From Hydrolagus colliei (lineage: Eukaryota): a DNA stretch of 64,000 nt. The notes under the pieces were generated by a model that searched no databases, was not told where the DNA came from, and saw only the letters and a list, made by a program, of their open reading frames with translations. Shown one piece after another: positions 56,731-64,000 of the stretch (within the stretch, counting starts at the first letter, position 1; each line of letters opens with the position of its first letter). The stretch is taken from positions 2,666,001 through 2,730,000 of the forward strand of contig CM068753.1 of the NCBI GenBank assembly GCA_035084275.1. Direction: 5' to 3'. Position numbers and translations under genes: made by a program.

Positions 56731-57929
56731 TAACCACAACAACAACAAAGCCCCTGTAGAATTCCTACTTGTAATGTTGTATCTGTCGTGACAAGGTGGT
56801 TATTTTGAAAGCATATCATCCTGAGGAACTTCAGTGAGTTGAACAGAACCTGTGTCCCCGAGCCCAGCCTGCCAACTAGACATAGACATTAATGAGAGAC
56901 TTGGCTCGTAGTACAGTAACAGCCACGAGTATTGTATAATCTCACGTCCCATTAATAGCTGTAGTTGGGTTTTTTTAATTGGAAAAGAAACACAGGGTCT
57001 GGTGTGAAGCCCTAGACTAACTGGAGTCAGTACCTAACAATAACCCATCTCTTTTCACATGTTTAACTGAAATTTGTTGGCGAAGATTTTCAACCTAACC
57101 AGTAAGTGACGGCTTACTATCAACGTAATTCTGTTGTTTTAGAGAAATCACGAGTGAATTGCATTTGATTTGACGTAAAATACATCGGAAGTGAATGGGG
57201 GGTGAATCAATAGCTGTGGCTCGGGGGTGATGTGATTCTACTGTACAGTTAGTTATTATATTTGTTTATTTTCTGACTTGTTCTACCCCCCGCCGCAAAG
57301 TTTGGGCCCCAGTTTCTAGCTTTGTTTTTTCTCGTTAATATTCTTGAGTGAGTGGCTTTGGCTTCTGTTTGTTAATTTAAGCTGTTTTCAAGAAACAGAT
57401 GTCTTCTCTTTCTCTGCGATTCACTCTGAATGACCTTCAGCCTATTTGGAGATTACCCAGGGCGCACGCGAGCGAGCGAGCGAGGCGGGGAGGGATGGGG
57501 CGAGGTGTGGGGGTGGGCGGTGTGTGTGTGTGTGTGAGTGGAGCCTGGAATCTGTCTCACTCTGCAGCATCAAAATCCCCCCCCCCCCCCATTCATGTGA
57601 CTCGCGATCCACCAGCCCGTCTCACGTCGCAACAAACAAAAAAAAAACTCTTATTTGTTTTAACTAAGTTGATATGGTTTAAGGGTTACACCGTAAAAGT
57701 AGTAATTTCTAGGTAGGAACATTGTCATTCTGGCTTAGAGGTTAACCATAAAACATGTGCGTTTGCTCCTGTTTTACAGGGCAGTCAGACTGGCTTCAAA
57801 GCTAATTGTGTTGTGGGATCCGAGGAGGTAACGCACAGTCTGCAAACTACATTCCCAAACAATTCTAGGAGAATTTCTGACCGGACAAGACATTGTTTAC
57901 ATGGCGGGGGGTGGTGGGGGTGGGAAATA

Positions 57930-58295
57930 CAATAATAGTAATAATAATCCTGCATTTGATACAGCAGCTTAATCACATCTACAAGACGTCTCAAAGCGCT
58001 TCACAGTGCTTACTGTAAAGTGAATTGATTGTATATTCGTGGGCCATGAAATGTTGGCAGCCGATCGCGCACAGCAGCGTCTTCCGCACAGACAGTCGTG
58101 GGTTGAAATGAACAATTTATTATTTTTTGAAGCAATTATCATGGAGTGTGTGTGTGTGTGTGTGTGTCTGTGCGCAGAGTAAGGAAACTTTCCCCAAGGT
58201 TTCGCCCTGACATGCCCAGAATTGAACTCAGGTCTCACTGCTCTAACCCACTGAGCTTGTAAGGCGAGTGCTCTAACCCACTGAGCTACAGGAAT
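57930..58295 (-). mobile_element. Full-length tRNA-SINE with a duplicated A-box segment
   Basis: tgctctaacccactgagct occurs twice (58239 and 58269). Confidence 0.85.
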
Positions 58296-61199
58296 TCTTG
58301 GATTCCAGGCCAGGAGGGTTGGGCTGACGGTTCAGATCTCCTGGGGTGGGATGAGGTGGGGGGTGTGGGGTGCGGGGGGTGGAGGGAGGAGGGAGGGATG
58401 GGATCCTGTGGCTGGAATGAATGTGTATTTGTGCGTTCGGTGAGGATAGGGTTTGATTCAGCCCCCAAACAGGCTGCGGGCTACTCCTGGGCAAAGTATC
58501 AGCGGGGAGGCGGGGATCGGTATCATTTACCTGTCAGATCCCCCCCAAAAAAGTGTTTCGCCAAAGATCGGGATCGGGCTGAAGGAAAGGGTTGGATTAG
58601 AGGAGGTCAGGTTAGAATCACAGCGGCTCCCGATGTGAAAGGCGCTATACAAGTGCAATTTTGTTGTTGTTTAGAATTGTAGTCCAGATACTTACTGCTT
58701 CAAAACGTTACGTGACAGAGGAGTCCCCAAACCCATTGGAATACAGGACGTGAGACTGAGGCTAGAGCGACTGTAAAGGTCGCAGATGAACTTCAGAGGA
58801 ACGCTGTATGTTTGTTTACACACAGGAAAGTGAACCTGGGCTCAGGATAAGGAAATAGTCCCTGAGTTTACGTACAGAGAGATCCTCACTGCACATACTT
58901 TGGCTTGCGTGCTCGCTGCTTGACAATCCTTGCTGTTTCAGGTTGTTCGATTGACTATGTTTTACTGCCTGTAACCGCAGTGTCAGAGAGACTGCCCTGG
59001 TCTGACTAAAAGCTAATTACATTCAGACATCACTAAACCATCTGGAATGTTTGTGGTGGGGGTTTGTCTGCGTGTTGCTGCTGATAATCTGGTTTACGGT
59101 TCAATCCGAAACAGTACAAAGCTGTTTTATTACCTTTTGTTCATAAAAAAAACTATTTGTTGCCTGACTCCCTTCCCCGCCTCTGCACACTCTTTAAACA
59201 GATAATAAAAATGAGTCCATGTACAAATAGCATCACTTCACAGCAGTTCTCCTATTTCCAATGCCAGACTCTGATCTGAGTTTAACATATAGTTCTTGGT
59301 GGTGGGGGAGGAGAAACGATATCTTTACTGACATATATTAAGCGCTTTGAGACGTCGATAAGACGTGGAAAGCGCTATATAAGGATTATTATTAATATGA
59401 TATATCACTGCTGTTCGATGATCAGCGACTGCTAAAAGTGAGGACCTGAGATTTGTATGTTTTCGCCCACAAATATATATAGTCAATTCACTCGACAGTC
59501 TATCCCGTGAAGCGCTTTGAGACATCGATAAGGTGTCTCAAAGTACTCTGCGCTTTCTCAGAAGTGGTTTTTCAGTTCAAACTAAAAATCCATGGAAAGT
59601 TCTTACGGTTTGATGTTTACTGGATATTTTTTAACATTTCCCCCCCAAAACGTTCCTCCAGCTCTGCACTGGTAAGGATTGCTTTTTCCTAGAAAGCAAA
59701 GCTCTTCTGCCAACTGCCCTTTGAGCTCCATGGTTTCTATTAAGAGCAAGCTGCCTCACTACAGTACTTGGGAATCAATGCGCCTGCGAGAGAAAAAAAT
59801 AAAAGGTCAGTTGACAAACCAAGACTATTGTTTAAAAACGCACTCGATGAGGAGCCATAAATAATGTCGTTAGAAATCTGTTTGATGGAACTTTCTAACA
59901 AAAAATGAGTTGCCTTTCTGCTAGGATGGGGCGCTTGCAAATTTTTATATATATACACAGTATATACACCCGGGATTTACACACTGTAAAACACACTTAA
60001 AATCACTGCATTTCATTGGCAAGTGGGATCCTCTCACACACGCTGTTTCTCAGTGACGGTCACTCACACAAACCCCATTATAAAGATTAACATCAGTAAT
60101 CGGGGTGGGGGAGGTGGGGGGGGAAGTGAGGGGTTGGGGGGTGGGTTAGGACGGCGTGATTCTAGAGGGTTGGTTATCTTCACAGGATAACTTTATTATT
60201 CCGCGGTGTTCAGTGAGCGCGCTGTGTGTAGCCGGGTGTCACTGTGGGTGACATTGCCTCGTCTCCGACAGAGCTGAACTCTGGGCTGATACAAATTACT
60301 GTATCAAATTTTTTTTTTTTAAAATAGCCCATGGCTAACTGTGTTATGTGTGACTAGCCATAGGGGGAAAGCAGGCAGTATTTATTAACAACCTGTCCAT
60401 AGTCTCCTCATGAACCCTATCTGTTGTTGACATCCAGTGTAAAGGATTAAATAAATCCACAGAGGAATATTTGACCTGGCATTCCATGGCATATGTTAAG
60501 TTGCCAAAAAAACCTCATCAGTTATTAGATTTGGGATTTGAATTTTCTTTGCAAAAAAAACTCTTTAAATGAAAAAAAATTAGATCAGATGGATAGATAC
60601 ATAGATAGATGTCTGACTCGGGAGGAATTTAACCAGATAAAGCATTTTCCCTGTTCTCTACCCACTGCTCTTAAAGACACCCAAGCAATCTTCTCAGCCG
60701 CGGCTTGCCCTCAAACAACGGTGGGAGGCTAGGCAGTGAAGGATCTATCTCTGGAATCACATCAAATGGATTCAGTAGGAGAAGGAAAATTATGTTTGTA
60801 GACTTTTCTGGTATTTCTGCAATGCATTTAAGAGATTTGTCATGTTATGGGGAGTTTTTTTTTAACCACTCAGGTTCCTGTATATAAGAACGTAAGAAAG
60901 AAAGAACCGAGGTCCATCTGGTTCTCACTTCCCACCATTTTGACAGTCGCTTGATGTGTCATGTCCCAAAACTCTCTCGCTCTTCAGATATTATTTTCTA
61001 GCAGAAATCTTACCTCATTTTGGGGCTTGATACAAACCACACTTTTTGTGCTTCCACTGTCTCCCTCCCTCCCGACTCTGTTCCATGTATATGATATGTG
61101 TATGTGTGTGTGTATGTATATATATATATACATATATAGCAATAGTCAGATACAGAGTGTAGGTGTAAAATGAGAAACCCTCTGGTTTAATTTATACAA

Positions 61200-61205
61200 T
61201 TTATT
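61200..61205 (-). terminator. Candidate ARHGEF3 polyadenylation signal
   Basis: AATAAA on the minus strand about 1.5 kb after the stop; alternatives near 61727 and 60192. Confidence 0.4.
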
Positions 61206-62693
61206 TCTCAATGGTTCGTGAAAGTTTAAGGCCTTTACATCTTTAAAAAAATATTTGGATCACATTTGTTAGGACTCATCAATTCTCTTTCCCCCTCCAA
61301 CTCACCCACCCTCTCACCCCCAACCATGACAATACTCTTACAACCTTATTAATTTTCCTCATAACTGATTCCAATTCATATTCAGATGAACACATGGGGG
61401 GGGGGGGGGGGGTGTGTGTGGCGGGGGGGAGGGAGTTAATTTTTTCATCAATACAACAACAAAGCACACAATCTACCTTGAGTAACAGCTGCACAAACGG
61501 CGAGACGCTGACATCTTATCTCGCAGGGTTTCTTTTGTTCTAATAGCCTGAATCATTTTTCAAATAAAGCACAACCCAAAAAAAAGTGTGTGTGTGTGGA
61601 GGTGGTGGGGGGGGGGGGGTCAAAAGGAAAACTTCTCGACTTGTGTTGGAAACTTATAAATACACAGGAATAAAAAAGGAAAGAAAGAAAAATAATTCTA
61701 CAGGATAAAATTTAAACATGACTCTTTTTATTAATTAAAAAAAACAACTTCAAAATAATAAAAGAAATATGCTTTTTGGCTTGTCTTTTTCTCTCTTTCC
61801 CCTCCCACCCTCTGACAGGTTTTTTTTTAAATGCGTAGCTCGGAATTACTCATATACTGTACATGTGTAGCAAATTATGTACAAAAAAAAAGGAATTGGG
61901 CAAAACACAAGACAGACAGACAGCCATGATTTGCCCCCAAAAAATCAACAGCAACAACAGCAACAACAACAACAGCAGTCACATCTGTGCTATCACACAC
62001 ACACACACACAGGTGGTCGAACTCACCCACTCCCAGCTGGCAATAAGGTGATTTAAACACCGTATATCAGGCAGTTTTCTCAAAAGATCAGCAATTAACC
62101 TCGAAAACATTCCACTCATACCTTCCCTCGTCAACTTACGGGAAAGTGTGTGTCCACGCAGAACTGAAATCCTCCTTGGTTCGGTTCCACAGGCAAGTTT
62201 TCCCCCTGTTTTGTTCAGTTTTTATTACAGTCAAATACAGTTTTTAAAAAAAACTTCTGCCTGAGGCTCTGTGGCAATCATCTGAACAGCTGGATTGGGG
62301 GGGTGGTGGTGGTGGTGGAGGGGGGGGGGGCTCTAAGTGCATCAGTCTATGTAAGATTGGCCCTAAACATTAACAGAATTCAAGAGCAGAACTGTCCTGC
62401 AGGAGTTCTCTACACAGACAACTCTCGCCCATCCATCATGTCCAGGTTGGAGAGCAGACAGACACACAGACGGACAGACGGACGACTGGACTTGTCAAGT
62501 TTACACAAATGGAGAGAGCAAGGACAGCATCACAAGGAATAAAAGTGCTTCTCGAAAATGCTCTTTTGGGGGAGTGGGTGGGGGAGGAGGAGGGTGGGGG
62601 GGTGGGGGGGTGTGGGGGGGGGAATGACAATACTGTACAGGTAAAGTTGCCGTGGACTCCTGCGTGTAACCACCCGCACGCTCTCTCGTGCTG

Positions 62694-63070
62694 TCAAACA
62701 TTGGTTTCTATCCTCCTCTGGTTTGCGCAATAGTCCGTCTCCTCCATCTGCTCGTAGTCCCCGCTGATCTCGCTGGTGTCCATGCTACAGTCAGACTCGT
62801 TGTCCGAATGGTCCATCCTCTCGTGTTTCGGTGGCTCGCTCGAGACGCTGCCGCCGCTGCTGTCGCTGTTGCCGTTCGGGGTCAGGCGGCTGTTCCTGTC
62901 ACAGTTCACCATCGTCAGCCTCCCCTTCTCCCCAGTGACTCTCTGCACGGCCTGCTTGGCCTGCCGGACACAGTTCAGCCACTGCTGCTTGTTGAAGGCG
63001 TCATTGGCTTGGAGTAAATGGGTCTGTCCTTCCAGTGAATCTCTGGCACTGACTCGGAAGAAGTTTTTCG
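62694..63070 (-). CDS. ARHGEF3: ARHGEF3 last coding exon
   Basis: tccag| ... TGA; phase 1 matches. Confidence 0.93.
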
Positions 63071-63905
63071 CTGGAATAACAATAATGACGATAGGTAAAT
63101 AATAATAATAATAATTGTTTTAATGGATTTTAAAACTCATTAAAATATATACATATTTCAATATATTATATAATATAATAATATACTGTGTAATATAATA
63201 AAATAATAATACTATAATATAATAATATAGTATAATAATAACAATGTAATATGTGCAATAATATTATTATAAGGATATATTATATTTTAATATATTTAAA
63301 TGCAATGCAAAAGCCTTTCGGAGTTGAAGAAATATCCAGATTGCGTTCTGATAAAACCTCGTCAGTTTCCAATGGAATCCTCTCCTCCCCTCCCACACGT
63401 GTCTCCCATTTACAGATAAATATATGTACAGTATGTATAATAAAAATAATAATCCTTGTAGTTTATGTATCTAAACATGTATAATAATAAGAAGAATAAA
63501 AATCCTGGCATTTGGATATAGCCGCTTTTCACGTCTTCTAGACCATGTCTCAAAGCGCTTCACAGAATATACCGTAAAGTGAATTGACTGTGTATTTGTG
63601 GGCAAAACAAGGTAGCCAATTGCGCGCAGCAATTAATATGTGAGTTAATACGTTTAAATCGTACCAGAGATTTTAAAAAATAAAAAATTTGGGGGGTGGG
63701 TTGGGGAGGGGAACTCACTCCTCTCGTTGTTGCTGAAGGCTCCTCTGATAGATCCTCCTAACCGCACCTCACCATCCTGCAGATCAGCCAAAACCAGGTC
63801 CTTCACGGGGATGGGCTGCCTGTACAGCTGGTAAGACAGCTGGTCACTACATGTCACAGCTCTGGTTATCACGAGAACCTCTTGAAACAGGAAGACGTGG
63901 AGTTT
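62694..63905 (-). CDS. ARHGEF3: Rho guanine nucleotide exchange factor 3, last two coding exons (PH domain and C-terminus); the gene continues beyond the window
   Basis: Exons 63905-63719 (KLHVFLFQEVLVITRAVT...YQLYRQPIPVKDL...LGGSIRGAFSNNER) and 63070-62694 (KNFFRVS...LQANDAFNKQQWLNCVRQAK...ESDCSMDTSE...ETNV*). Synteny with TASOR and the ESDCSMDTSE tail favour ARHGEF3 over the paralogue NET1. Confidence 0.93.
63095..63300. repeat. AT-rich low-complexity tract in the last ARHGEF3 intron
   Basis: (aat)n and (ta)n mosaic. Confidence 0.85.
63483..63631 (-). mobile_element. tRNA-SINE 3' half in an ARHGEF3 intron
   Basis: Reverse tail and core. Confidence 0.8.
63719..63905 (-). CDS. ARHGEF3: ARHGEF3 penultimate exon
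   Basis: cgcag| ... |gtgagt. Confidence 0.93.
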
Positions 63906-64000
63906 CTGCGGAGGGGAGGAAGGGAGAGGAGATATATCAGGCTATGATTTAACACCTCAGATACTGTAACTGTCACTTAATGTTTTAATGACCCGAAAAC

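Overview
Eukaryotic (vertebrate) genomic DNA. The repeat content (Deu-domain tRNA-SINEs, SacSINE1-like SINEs, L2, CR1, Penelope-type ends) points to a cartilaginous fish, probably a chimaera; this is inference. The window holds the conserved ERC2-CCDC66-TASOR-ARHGEF3 block. By hand splicing I reconstructed a complete CCDC66 (+, 19 coding exons, 19480..32845, 1006 aa) and a complete TASOR/FAM208A (-, 23 coding exons, 53470..35146, 1743 aa, plus one optional exon). The last two exons of ARHGEF3 (-) and a candidate non-coding 5' exon of ERC2 (-) near 5.2 kb are also present. All called introns are GT-AG with consistent phases. Most listed six-frame ORFs are artefacts of repeats, low complexity or antisense exons. 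I found no convincing wholly new biological system. The best leads are: an Ile at the TASOR pseudo-PARP position matching human Y305; a hammerhead-ribozyme core in a Penelope-type end; promoters built from repeated CCAAT modules; and 5-codon uORFs in both CCDC66 and TASOR. Comparisons with human proteins and repeat consensi are from memory and need alignment to confirm.
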